A DNA stretch of 64,000 nucleotides from the human T2T-CHM13v2.0 reference genome, Homo sapiens, in NCBI RefSeq assembly GCF_009914755.1, contig NC_060939.1. One strand, given 5' to 3'. Below are positions 1 through 14,100 of the stretch, one piece after another. Each line of letters begins with the position of its first letter. Positions within the stretch are counted from its first letter, which is position 1. The notes beneath the pieces are model-generated. The model was not told where the DNA came from. It did no database searches and worked only from the letters and a program-made list of their open reading frames with translations. Position numbers and translations under genes: made by a program.

Positions 1-3000
1 TCCATTCCATTCCATTCCATTCTGTTCCATTCCATTCCATTCCATTCCATTGGGTACCATTCCATATTGTTCCATTCGATTCCATTCGAATCCATTCCAT
101 TCCAGTCCATTCCATTCGATTCCATTCCATTCCATTCGATTCCACTTGATTCCACTCCATTCCCTTCCACTGCATTCCATTCGATTCCATTCCATTGCAT
201 TGCATTCCATTCCATTGGATTGCATTCCATTCGATTCCATTCCATTCGAATCAATTACATAGCAATCCATTACATTCGAGTCTGTTCTATTCCATTCCAT
301 TCGATTTCGTTCCAATCCATTCGATTCCATTCCATTCGATTCCATTCCATACTATTGCATTCCATTCGATTAAATTATACTCGAATAAATTCCATTCAAG
401 ACCATTTCTGTTGAGTCCATTCTACTTGAGTCCATTCCCTTTGATTCCATAACATTTGAGTCCATTCAATTCCATTCCTTTCGTTTCCATTCCATTTGAT
501 GCCATTCCATTCAATTCTGTTCTACTCGACTCCAATACATTCAATTCCATTCCATCCGATTCCATTACATTCTTTTCATTTCTTATCCATTTCAAGCCAT
601 TCCATTCCATTCCATTCCATTCCACTCGTTTGCTTTCCATTCGAGTCCATTCCACTCCAGTCCATTCCATTCGAATCCATTTCACTCCAGTCCATTCCAT
701 TCGAATCCATTTCACTCCAGTCCATTAAATTCGAGTACATTCCATTCCATTCTATTCAATGCCATTCCATTCGATTCTATTCCATTCGACACCATTCCTT
801 TCCATTCCGTTCCATCCGATTCCATTCCATTGTATTCCATTCAATTCCATTCCATTGCATTCCATTCGTTTCCATTCCATTCGAATTCATTCCACTCAAG
901 TCCATTCCATTCGAGTCCATTCCATTCGATATCATTCCATACTATTGAATTCCATTCTATTCCATTGTTTTCGAATAAATTCCAACCGAGACCATTCCTT
1001 TCGTGTCCATTCTATTTGACTGCATTCCATTTGAGTCCATTAAATTTCTGCACATTCCATTCCTTTCCATTCCATTCCATTCCATTCCTTTCGGTGCCAT
1101 TCCATTCCACTCTAATCCATTCAAGTCCATTCCATTTGAGTCCATTCCATTGATTCGATGCCATTACATTCAATTCTATTCCATTCGACTCCATTGCATT
1201 CCATTCCCTTCCAAACGATTCCATTCCATTCTATTACTTTCTATTCCAATCCATTCCATTCCGTTCCATTCGTTTCCATTCCATTCGAGTCCACTCCATT
1301 CCAGTCCATTCCATTCGATTCCATTCCATTCCAGTCCATTCCATTCAAGTCCATTCCACTGCATTCCATTCCATTCGATATCCTTCGATAACACCCCATT
1401 CCATTCTGCTCCTTAATATTCAATTCAATTCCATTCCATTTGATTCCATTCCATTTGATTACATTCCATTCGACTCCATTCCATTCGACTCTATTCCATT
1501 CGAGTCCATTCCGTTCCATTCCATTGCATTCCGTTCCAATCCCTATTCCATTCCATTTTGTTACTGTCCATTCCATTTGAGTCCATTCCATGACAAACCA
1601 TTCCATTCGATTCCATTCCAATAGATTCCATTGCACTCGAATCCAGTGCGTTCCATTCCATTGCTTTCCATTCTATTACATTCCATTGCATTACATTCCA
1701 TTCCATTTGATTGCATTCCATTCAATTCCATTAATTTCGAATCAATTACATTGCAATCCATTGCATTCGAGTTCTATTCCAGTCCATTGCATTCCGGCGC
1801 ATGCCGTTCCATTCCATTCCATTCGCTTCCGTTCCATTCGAATCGATTGCATTGCAATGCTTTACATTCGAGTCCGTTTTATTCCAGTCCAATCCATTCC
1901 GGTCCATTCCGTTCGATTCCATTCCATTCGATGCCACTCCATACTATTGTATTTCATTCGATTCCATTCTATTCAAATAAATTCCATTCGAGACCATTCC
2001 TTTCGAGTCCATTCTATTTGAGTCCATTCCATTCGAGTCCATTATATTTGGGTCCATTCCATTCAATTCCATTGCAATCCATTCCATTCGATGTCACTCC
2101 ATTCATTTCTATTCCATTAGAGTCCATGTCATTCGAGTCCATTCCATTCTATTCTATTCCACTCCATTTACTTCCATTCCACTCCATTCCATTCGTTGCC
2201 GTTCCATTCAATTCTATTATATTCCACTCCATTTACTTCCATTCCATTCCATTCCATTCTATCCATTTCCGTTCCATTCTATTCCTTTAAAGTCCATTCC
2301 ATTCCATTCCATTCGTTTCCATTCCATTCGAGTAAAGTCCACTCCAGTCCTTTCCATTCGAGTCCATTCCTCTCCAGTCCATTCCGTTCAATCCATTCCA
2401 TTCCAGTCCATTCCATTCGAGTCCGTTCCATTCCAGTCCATTCCATTCGAGTCAATTCCATTCCATTCGATATCTTTCCATAACGATCCATTCCATTCTA
2501 TTCCTTTCGATTCCATTCAATTCCATTCTTTCTATTTCATTCCATTCGATTCCCTTCCATTGGACTCCTTTCCATTCGAGTGCATTCCATTCCGTTCCAT
2601 TTCTTTCTGTTCTGTATGATTCCTACCGTTCGATTTCATTTTGTTCCAGTCTATTCCTTTCAAGTGCATTCCATTCCATTTCACTCCATTCGATTCCATT
2701 CCACTCGATTCCACTCCGTTCCATTTCACTGCATTCCATTCTATTCAATTCTATTGCATTCCATTCCATTCCATTTGATTACATTCCATGCGATTCCATT
2801 CGAATTCGAATCAATTACATTGAAATCCATTACTATTGAGTCCGTTTTATTCCAGTCCACTCCATTCTGCTCCATTCCATTTGATTCCATTCCATTCTAT
2901 TCCATTCCGTACAGTTGCATTCCATTGGATTCCATTCTATATCTATAAATGCAACTTGAGACCATTGCTTTTGAGTCCATTCTATATGATTCCATTCCAT

Positions 3001-5112
3001 TCAAGTCCATTACATTTGGTTCAATTCCATTCCATTCCATTCCCTTCCATTCCATTCCATTTGATAACAATCCATTCGATTCCATTCCATTCGAGCACAT
3101 TCCATTCGAATCCATTCCATTCGATGCCATTCCATTTGATTCTATTCCATTAGACTCCATTCAATTCCATTAATCTCCATTCCATTCCATTCTACTCCAA
3201 CTGATTCCATTCCATTCTATTCTTTTCCATTCCATTCCATTCGCTTCCATTCCATTCGTGTCCATTCCACTCCAGTCCATTCCATTCGTGTCCATTCCAT
3301 TCCAGTCCATTCCATTTGTGTCCACTGCATTCCATTCCACTCAATTCCATATTATTCCATTACACTCCATTCCATTCTATTACTTTCATTTCCATTCAGT
3401 TCCATTCCATTTGATTCCATTCCACTCGGTTTCACTCCATTTGAGTCCATTCCATTCCATTCCATTCCATTCTGTTCCATTCCATTCCATTCCATTCCAT
3501 TGGGTACCATTCCATATTGTTCCATTCGATTCCATTCGAATCCATTCCATTCCAGTCCATTCCATTCGATTCCATTCCATTCCATTCGATTCCACTTGAT
3601 TCCACTCCATTCCCTTCCACTGCATTCCATTCGATTCCATTCCATTGCATTGCATTCCATTCCATTGGATTGCATTCCATTCGATTCCATTCCATTCGAA
3701 TCAATTACATAGCAATCCATTACATTCGAGTCTGTTCTATTCCGTTCCATTCGATTTCGTTCCAATCCATTCGATTCCATTCCATTCGATTCCATTCCAT
3801 ACTATTGCATTCCATTCGAATAAATTATACTCGAATAAATTCCATTCAAGACCATTTCTGTTGTGTCCATTCTACTTGAGTCCATTCCCTTTGATTCCAT
3901 AACATTTGAGTCCATTCAATTCCATTCCTTTCGTTTCCATTCCATTTGATGCCATTCCATTCAATTCTGTTCTACTCGACTCCAATATATTCAATTCCAT
4001 TCCATCCGATTCCATTACATTCTTTTCATTTCTTATCCATTTCAAGCCATTCCATTCCATTCCATTCCATTCCACTCGTTTCCTTTCCATTCGAGTCCAT
4101 TCCACTCCAGTCCATTCCATTCGAATCCATTTCACTCCAGTCCATTCCATTCGAATCCATTTCACTCCAGTCCATTAAATTCGAGTACATTCCATTCCAT
4201 TCTATTCAATGCCATTCCATTCGATTCTATTCCATTCGACACCATTCCTTTCCATTCCGTTCCATCCGATTCCATTCCATTGTATTCCATTCAATTCCAT
4301 TCCATTGCATTCCATTCGTTTCCATTCCATTCGAATTCATTCCACTCAAGTCCATTCCATTCGAGTCCATTCCATTCGATATCATTCCATACTATTGAAT
4401 TCCATTCGATTCCATTGTTTTCGAATAAATTCCAACCGAGACCATTCCTTTCGTGTCCATTCTATTTGACTGCATTCCATTTGAGTCCATTAAATTTCTG
4501 CACATTCCATTCCTTTCCATTCCATTCCATTCCATTCCTTTCGGTGCCATTCCATTCCACTCTAATCCATTCAAGTCCATTCCATTTGAGTCCATTCCAT
4601 TGATTCGATGCCATTATATTCAATTCTATTCCATTCGACTCCATTGCATTCCATTCCCTTCCAAACGATTCCATTCCATTCTACTACTTTCTATTCCAAT
4701 CCATTCCATTCCGTTCCATTCGTTTCCATTCCATTCGAGTCCACTCCATTCCAGTCCATTCCATTCGATTCCATTCCATTCCAGTCCATTCCATTCAAGT
4801 CCATTCCACTGCATTCCATTCCATTCGATATCCTTCGATAACACCCCATTCCATTCTGCTCCTTAATATTCAATTCAATTCCATTCCATTTGATTCCATT
4901 CCATTTGATTACATTCCATTCGACTCCATTCCATTCGACTCTATTCCATTCGAGTCCATTCCATTCCATTCCATTGCATTCCGTTCCAATCCCTATTCCA
5001 TTCCATTTTGTTACTGTCCATTCCATTTGAGTCCATTCCATGACAAACCATTCCATTCGATTCCATTCCAATAGATTCCATTGCACTCGAATCCAGTGCG
5101 TTCCATTCCATT

Positions 5113-5436
5113 GCTTTTCATTCTATTACATTCCATTGCATTACATTCCATTCCATTTGATTGCATTCCATTCAATTCCATTAATTTCGAATCAATTACA
5201 TTGCAATCCATTGCATTCGAGTTCTATTCCAGTCCATTGCAATCCGGCGCATGCCGTTCCAACCCATTCCATTCGCTTTTCATTCTATTACATTCCATTG
5301 CATTACATTCCATTCCATTTGATTGCATTCCATTCAATTCCATTAATTTCGAATCAATTACATTGCAATCCATTGCATTCGAGTTCTATTCCAGTCCATT
5401 GCATTCCGGCGCATGCCGTTCCATTCCATTCCATTC
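5113..5436 (+). repeat. 162-bp local tandem duplication inside unit 2
   Basis: gcttttcattctattacattcc starts at 5113 and again at 5275. The ccggcgcatgcc islet occurs twice in this unit only. Confidence 0.9.
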
Positions 5437-8400
5437 GCTTCCGTTCCATTCGAATCGATTGCATTGCAATGCTTTACATTCGAGTCCGTTTTATTCCAGT
5501 CCAATCCATTCCGGTCCATACCGTTCGATTCCATTCCATTCGATGCCACTCCATACTATTGTATTTCATTCGATTCCATTCTATTCAAATAAATTCCATT
5601 CGAGACCATTCCTTTCGAGTCCATTCTATTTGAGTCCATTCCATTCGAGTCCATTATATTTGGGTCCATTCCATTCAATTCCATTGCAATCCATTCCATT
5701 CGATGTCACTCCATTCATTTCTATTCCATTAGAGTCCATGTCATTCGAGTCCATTCCATTCTATTCTATTCCACTCCATTTCATTCCATTCCACTCCATT
5801 CCATTCGTTGCCGTTCCATTCAATTCTATTATATTCCACTCCATTTACTTCCATTCCATTCCATTCCATTCCATTCTATCCAATTCCGTTCCATTCTATT
5901 CCTTTAAAGTCCATTTCATTCCATTCCATTCGTTTCCATTCCATTCGAGTAAAGTCCACTCCAGTCCTTTCCATTCGAGTCCATTCCTCTCCAGTCCATT
6001 CCGTTCAATCCATTCCATTCCAGTCCATTCCATTCGAGTCCGTTCCATTCCAGTCCATTCCATTCGAGTCAATTCCATTCCATTCGATATCTTTCCATAA
6101 CGATCCATTCCATTCTATTCCTTTCGATTCCATTCAATTCCATTCTTTCTATTTCATTCCATTCGATTCCCTTCCATTGGACTCCTTTCCATTCGAGTGC
6201 ATTCCATTCCGTTCCATTTCTTTCTGTTCTGTATGATTCCTACCGTTCGATTTCATTTTGTTCCAGTCTATTCCTTTCAAGTCCATTCCATTCCATTTCA
6301 CTCCATTCGATTCCATTCCACTCGATTCCACTCCGTTCCATTTCACTGCATTCCATTCTATTCAATTCTATTGCATTCCATTCCATTCCATTAGATTACA
6401 TTCCATGCGATTCCATTCGAATTCGAATCAATTACATTGAAATCCATTACTATTGAGTCCGTTTTATTCCAGTCCACTCCATTCTGCTCCATTCCATTTG
6501 ATTCCATTCCATTCTATTCCATTTCGTACAGTTGCATTCCATTGGATTCCATTCTATATCTATAAATGCAACTTGAGACCATTGCTTTTGAGTCCATTCT
6601 ATATGATTCCATTCCATTCAAGTCCATTACATTTGGTTCAATTCCATTCCATTCCATTCCCTTCCATTCCATTTCATTTGATATCAATCCATACGATTCC
6701 ATTCCATTCGAGCACATTCCATTCGAGTCCATTCCATTCGATGCCATTCCATTTGATTCTATTCCATAAGACTCCATTCAATTCCATTAATCTCCATTCC
6801 ATTCCATTCTACTCCAACTGATTCCATTCCTTTCTATTCCTTTCCATTCCATTCCATTCCATTCCATTCGCTTCCATTCCATTCGTGTCCATTCCACTCC
6901 AGTCCATTCCATTCGTGTCCATTCCATTCCAGTCCATTCCATTTGTGTCCACTGCATTCCATTCCACTCCATTCCATATTATTCCATTACACTCCATTCC
7001 ATTCTATTACTTTCATTTCCATTCAGTTCCATTCCATTTGATTCCATTCCACTCGGTTTCACTCCATTTGAGTCCATTCCATTCCATTCCATTCCATTCC
7101 ATTCCATTCTGTTCCATTCCATTCCATTCCATTCCATTGGGTACCATTCCATATTGTTCCATTCGATTCCATTCGAATCCATTCCATTCCAGTCCATTCC
7201 ATTCGATTCCATTCCATTCCATTCGATTCCACTTGATTCCACTCCATTCCCTTCCACTGCATTCCATTCGATTCCATTCCATTGCATTGCATTCCATTCC
7301 ATTGGATTGCATTCCATTCGATTCCATTCCATTCGAATCAATTACATAGCAATCAATTACATTCGAGTCTGTTCTATTCCGTTCCATTCGATTTCGTTCC
7401 AATCCATTCGATTCAATTCCATTCGATTCCATTCCATACTATTGCATTCCATTCGATTAAATTATACTCGAATAAATTCCATTCAAGACCATTTCTGTTG
7501 AGTCCATTCTACTTGAGTCCATTCCCTTTGATTCCATAACATTTGAGTCCATTCAATTCCATTCCTTTCGTTTCCATTCCATTTGATGCCATTCCATTCA
7601 ATTCTGTTCTACTCGACTCCAATACATTCAATTCCATTCCATCCGATTCCATTACATTCTTTTCATTTCTTATCCATTTCAAGCCATTCCATTCCATTCC
7701 ATTCCACTCGTTTCCTTTCCATTCGAGTCCATTCCACTCCAGTCCATTCCATTCGAATCCATTTCACTCCAGTCCATTCCATTCGAATCCGTTTCACTCC
7801 AGTCCATTAAATTCGAGTACATTCCATTCCATTCTATTCAATGCCATTCCATTCGATTCTATTCCATTCGACACCATTCCTTTCCATTCCGTTCCATCCG
7901 ATTCCATTCCATTGTATTCCATTCAATTCCATTCCATTGCATTCCATTCGTTTCCATTCCATTCGAATTCATTCCACTCAAGTCCATTCCATTCGAGTCC
8001 ATTCCATTCGATATCATTCCATACTATTGAATTCCATTCGATTCCATTGTTTTCGAATAAATTCCAACCGAGACCATTCCTTTCGTGTCCATTCTATTTG
8101 ACTGCATTCCATTTGAGTCCATTAAATTTCTGCACATTCCATTCCTTTCCATTCCATTCCATTCCATTCCATTCCTTTCGGTGCCATTCCATTCCACTCT
8201 AATCCATTCAAGTCCATTCCATTTGAGTCCATTCCATTGACTCGATGCCATTACATTCAATTCTATTCCATTCGACTCCATTGCATTCCATTCCCTTCCA
8301 AACGATTCCATTCCATTCTATTACTTTCTATTCCAATCCATTCCATTCCGTTCCATTCGTTTCCATTCCATTCGAGTCCACTCCATTCCAGTCCATTCCA

Positions 8401-8528
8401 TTCGATTCCATTCCATTCCAGTCCATTCCATTCAAGTCCATTCCACTGCATTCCATTCCATTCGATATCCTTCGATAACACCCCATTCCATTCTGCTCCT
8501 TAATATTCAATTCAATTCCATTCCATTT

Positions 8529-8648
8529 GATTCCATTCCATTTGATTACATTCCATTCGACTCCATTCCATTCGACTCTATTCCATTCGATTCCATTCCA
8601 TTTGATTACATTCCATTCGACTCCATTCCATTCGACTCTATTCCATTC
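8529..8648 (+). repeat. 60-bp local tandem duplication inside unit 3
   Basis: Sequence lines 8521 and 8581 are identical except for one base (gattccattccatttgattacattccattcgactccattccattcgactctattccattc twice). Confidence 0.92.
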
Positions 8649-11151
8649 GAGTCCATTCCATTCCATTCCATTGCATTCCGTTCCAATCCCTATTCCATTC
8701 CATTTTGTTACTGTCCATTCCATTTGAGTCCATTCCATGACAAACCATTCCATTCGATTCCATTCCAATAGATTCCATTGCACTCGAATCCAGTGCGTTC
8801 CATTCCATTGCTTTCCATTCTATTACATTCCATTGCATTACATTCCATTCCATTTGATTGCATTCCATTCAATTCCATTAATTTCGAATCAATTACATTG
8901 CAATCCATTGCATTCGAGTTCTATTCCAGTCCATTGCATTCCGGCGCATGCAGTTCCATTCCATTCCATTCGCTTCCGTTCCATTCGAATCGATTGCATT
9001 GCAATGCTTTACATTCGAGTCCGTTTTATTCCAGTCCAATCCATTCCGGTCCATTCCGTTCGATTCCATTCCATTCGATGCCACTCCATACTATTGTATT
9101 TCATTCGATTCCATTCTATGCAAATAAATTCCATTCGAGACCATTCCTTTCGAGTCCATTCTATTTGAGTCCATTCCATTCGAGTCCATTATATTTGGGT
9201 CCATTCCATTCAATTCCATTGCAATCCATTCCATTCGATGTCACTCCATTCATTTCTATTCCATTAGAGTCCATGTCATTCGAGTCCATTCCATTCTATT
9301 CTATTCCACTCCATTTCATTCCATTCCACTCCATTCCATTCGTTGCCGTTCCATTCAATTCTATTATATTCCACTCCATTTACTTCCATTCCATTCCATT
9401 CCATTCCATTCCATTCTATCCATTTCCGTTCCATTCTATTCCTTTAAAGTCCATTCCATTCCATTCCATTCGTTTCCATTCCATTCGAGTAAAGACCACT
9501 CCAGTCCTTTCCATTCGAGTCCATTCCTCTCCAGTCCATTCCGTTCAATCCATTCCATTCCAGTCCATTCCATTCGAGTCCGTTCCATTCCAGTCCATTC
9601 CATTCGAGTCAATTCCATTCCATTCGATATCTTTCCATAACGATCCATTCCATTCTATTCCTTTCGATTCCATTCAATTCCATTCTTTCTATTTCATTCC
9701 ATTCGATTCCCTTCCATTGGACTCCTTTCCATTCGAGTGCATTCCATTCCGTTCCATTTCTTTCTGTTCTGTATGATTCCTACCGTTCGATTTCATTTTG
9801 TTCCAGTCTATTCCTTTCAAGTGCATTCCATTCCATTTCACTCCATTCGATTCCATTCCACTCGATTCCACTCCGTTCCATTTCACTGCATTCCATTCTA
9901 TTCAATTCTATTGCATTCCATTCCATTCCATTTGATTACATTCCATGCGATTCCATTCGAATTCGAATCAATTACATTGAAATCCATTACTATTGAGTCC
10001 GTTTTATTCCAGTCCACTCCATTCTGCTCCATTCCATTTGATTCCATTCCATTCTATTCCATTCCGTACAGTTGCATTCCATTGGATTCCATTCTATATC
10101 TATAAATGCAACTTGAGACCATTGCTTTTGAGTCCATTCTATATGATTCCATTCCATTCAAGTCCATTACATTTGGTTCAATTCCATTCCATTCCATTCC
10201 CTTCCATTCCATTCCATTTGATATCAATCCATACGATTCCATTCCATTCGAGAACATTCCATTCGAGTCCATTCCATTCGATGCCATTCCATTTGATTCT
10301 ATTCCATTAGTCTCCATTCAATTCCATGAATCTCCATTCCATTCCATTCTACTCCAACTGATTCCATTCCATTCTATTCCTTTCAATTCCATTCCATTCC
10401 ATTCCATTCCATTCAATTCCCTTCATTCCATTCGTGTCCATTCCACTCCAGTCCATTCCATTCGTGTCCATTCCATTCCAGTCCATTCCATTTGTGTCCA
10501 CTGCATTCCATTCCACTCCATTCCATATTATTCCATTACACTCCATTCCATTCTATTACTTTCATTTCCATTCAATTCCATTCCACTAGATTCCATTCCA
10601 CTCGGTTTCATTCCATTTGAGTCCATTCCTTTCCATTCCATTCCATTCCATTCCATTCCATTCCATTCCTTTCCAATCAGTTCCATTCCATTCTGTTCCA
10701 TTTCATTCCATTCCATTCCATTCCATTCGGTACCATTCCATATTGATCCATTCGACTCCATTCGAATCCATTCCATTCCAGTCCATTGCATTCGATTCCA
10801 TTCCATTCCTTTCAATTCCATTCCATTCCATTCCATTCCACTTGGTTCCAAGCCATTCCCTTCCACTGCATTCCATTCGATTCCATTCAATTGCATTGAA
10901 TTCCATTCCATTGGATTGCATTCTATTCGATTCCATTCCATTCGAATCAATTACATAGCAATACATTACATTCGAGTCTATTCTATTCCGTTCCATTCAA
11001 TTTCGTTCCAATGCATTCGATTCCATTCCATTTGATTCCATTCCATACTATTGCATTCCCTTCGATTAAATTATATTCGAATAAGTACCATGCAAGACCA
11101 TTTCTTTTGAGTCCATTCTATTTGAGTGCATTCCCTTTGATTCCATAACAT

Positions 11152-14100
11152 TTGAGTCCATTCAATTCCATTCCTTTCGTTTCCATTCCATTTGATGCCA
11201 TTCCATTCAATTCTGTTCTATTCGACTCCAATACATTCAATTCCATTCCATCCGATTCCATTACATTCTTTTCATTTCTTATCCATTTCAAGCCATTCCA
11301 TTCCATTCCATTCCACTCGTTTCCTTTCCATTCGAGTCCATTCCTCTCCAGTCCATTCCGTTCAATCCATTCCATTCCAGACCATTCCATTCGAGTCCGC
11401 TCTATTCCAGTCCATTCCATTCGAGTCAATTCCATTCCATTTGATGTCTTTCCATAACGATCCATTCCATTCTATTCCTTTCGATTCCATTCCATTCTAT
11501 TTCATTCCATTCGATTCCCTTCCATTGGACTCCTTTCCATTCGAGTGCATTCCATTCCGTTCCATTTCTTTCCGTTCTGAACGATTCTTACCGTTCGATT
11601 TCATTTTGTTCCAGTCCATTCCTTTCGCGTCCATTCCATTCCATTTCACTCCATTCGATTCCATTCCATTCGATTCCATTCCACTCGATTCCACTTCGTT
11701 CCATTTCATTGCATTCCATTCTATTCAACTCTATTGCCTTCCATTCCATTCCATTCGATTACATTCCATGCGATTCCATTCGAAATCGAATCAATTACAT
11801 TGCAATCCATTACTATTGAGTCCGTTTTATTCCAGTCCACTGCATTCTGGTCCATTCCATTTGATTCCATTCCATTCTATTCCATTCCATACAGTTGCAT
11901 TCCATTGGATTCCATTCTATATCTATAAATTCAATTCGAGACCATTGCTTTTGAGTCCATTCTATATGATTCCATTCCATTCAAGTCCATTACATTTGGT
12001 TCAATTCCATTCCGTTCCATTCCCTTCCATTTCATTCCATTTGATATCAATCCATTCGATTCCATTCCATTCGAGCACATTCCATTCCAGTCCATTCCAT
12101 TCGATGCCATTCCATTTGATTCTATTCCATTAGTCTCCATTCAATTCCATTAATCTCCATTCCATTCCATTCTACTCCAACTGATTCCATTCCATTCTAT
12201 TCCTTTCCATTCCATTCCATTCCATTCCATTCCATTCCCTTCATTCCATTCGTGTCCATTCCACTCCAGTCCATTCCATTCGTGTCCATTCCATTCCAGT
12301 CCATTCCATTTGTGTCCACTGCATTCCATTCCACTCCATTCCATATTATTCCATTACACTCCATTCCATTCTATTACTTTCATTTCCATTCAATTCCATT
12401 CCATTAGATTCCATTCCACTCGGTTTCATTCCATTTGAGTCCATTCCTTTCCATTCCATTCCATTCCATTCCATTCCTTTCCAATCAGTTCCGTTCCATT
12501 CTGTTCCATTTCATTCCATTCCATTCCATTCCATTCGGTACCATTCCATATTGCTCCATTCGATTCCATTCGAATCCATTCCATTCCAGTCCATTCCATT
12601 CGATTCCATTCCATTCCTTTCAATTCAATTCCATTCCATTCCATTCCACTTGATTCCACTCCATTCCCTTCCACTGCATTCCATTCGATTGCATTCAATT
12701 GCATTGCATTCCATTCCATTGGATTGCATTCCATTCGATTCCATTCCATTCGAATCAATTACATAGCAATCCATTACATTCGAGACTATTCTATTCCGTT
12801 CCATCCGATTTCGTTCCAATGCATTCGATTCCATTTCATTCGATTCCATTCCATACTATTGCATTCCATTCGATTAAATTATATTCGAATAAGTTCCATT
12901 CAAGACCATTTCTTTTGAGTCCATTCTATTTGATTCCATTCCCTTTGATACCATAACATTTGAGACCATTCAATTCCATTCCTTTCGTTTCCATTCCATT
13001 TGATGCCATTGCATTCAATTCTGTTCTACTCGACTCCAATACATTCAATTCCTTTCCATCCGATTCCATTACATTCTTTTCATTTCTTATCCATTTCAAG
13101 CCATTCCATTCCATTCCATTCCACTCGTTTCCTTTCCATTCGAGTCCATTCCTCTCCAGTCCATTCCGTTCAATCCATTCTATTCCAGTCCATTCCATTC
13201 GAGTCCGTTCCATTCCAGTCCATTCCATTCGAGTCAATTCCATTCCATTCGATGTCTTTCCATAACGATCCATTCCATTCTATTCCTTTCGATTCCATTC
13301 CGTTCTATTTCATCCCATTCGATTCCCTTCCATTGGACTCCTTTCCATTCGAGTGCATTCCATTCCGTTCCATTTCTTTCCGTTCTGTACGATTCCTACC
13401 GTTCGATTTCATTTTGTTCCAGTCCATTCCTTTCACGTCCATTCCATTCCATTTCACTCCATTCGATTCCATTCCATTCAATTCCTTTCCACTCGATTCC
13501 ACTTCGTTCTATTTCATTGCATTCCAGTCTATTCAACTCTATTGCCTTCCATTCCATTCCAGTCGATTACATTCCATGCGATTCCATTCGAAATCGAATC
13601 AATTACATTGCAATTCATTACTATTGAGTCCGTTTTATTCCAGTCCACTGCATTCTGGTCCATTCCATTTGATTCCATTCCATTCTATTCCATTCCATAC
13701 AGTTGCATTCCATTGGATTCCATTCTATATCTATAAATTCAATTCGAGACCATTGCTTTTGAGTCCATTCTATATGATTCCATTCCATTCAAGTCCATTA
13801 CATTTGGTTCAATTCCATTCCATTCCATTCCCTTCCATTCCATTCCATTTGATATCAATCCATTCGATTCCATTCCATTCGAGCACATTCCATTCGAGTC
13901 CATTCCATTCGATGCCATTCCATTTGATTCTATTCCATTAGTCTCCATTCAATTCCATGAATCTCCATTCCATTCCATTCTACTCCAACTGATTCCATTC
14001 CATTCTATTCCTTTCAATTCCATTCCATTCCATTCCATTCCATTCAATTCCCTTCATTCCATTCGTGTCCATTCCACTCCAGTCCATTCCATTCGTGTCC

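Larger units (their letters stand above)
456..11151 (+). repeat. Three ~3.5 kb tandem units, haplotype family A (3450, 3637, 3609 bp)
   Basis: Landmark recurs at 456, 3906, 7543 and 11152. KpnI GGTACC at 53, 3503, 7140 and 10729. Shared variants tgggtacc, actattgaat, tgacaaacc, gcgcatgc and ttatactcg. The extra length comes from local 162-bp and 60-bp duplications and pentamer-run changes. Confidence 0.92.

Noticed and set aside
2798-2811. Heat-shock element
   Set aside because: A canonical HSE needs alternating nGAAn units (TTCnnGAA). Here TTC and GAA are directly adjacent.
384-2949. AATAAA (384, 974, 1976) and TATAAA (2944) as polyadenylation signals or a TATA box
   Set aside because: All four are the same position of the repeated module. 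There is no promoter context, and they lie on the C-rich strand while the best-known SatIII RNAs are G-rich. Unsupported without transcript data.
456-3905. Assignment to Y-chromosome DYZ1 because of the ~3.5 kb period
   Set aside because: DYZ1 is classically a ~3.4-kb HaeIII repeat, whereas here I saw GGCC only as a private variant (26440, 38127), not once per unit. Similar period alone is insufficient and an alignment is needed.
5081-6100. Long + strand ORFs (339, 332, 327, 325, 313 aa) rich in FHSIP
   Set aside because: (CATTC)n has no stop codon in any frame and translates to FHSIP repeats. ORF limits change with random SNPs and indels between units, and there are no domains or coding constraint.
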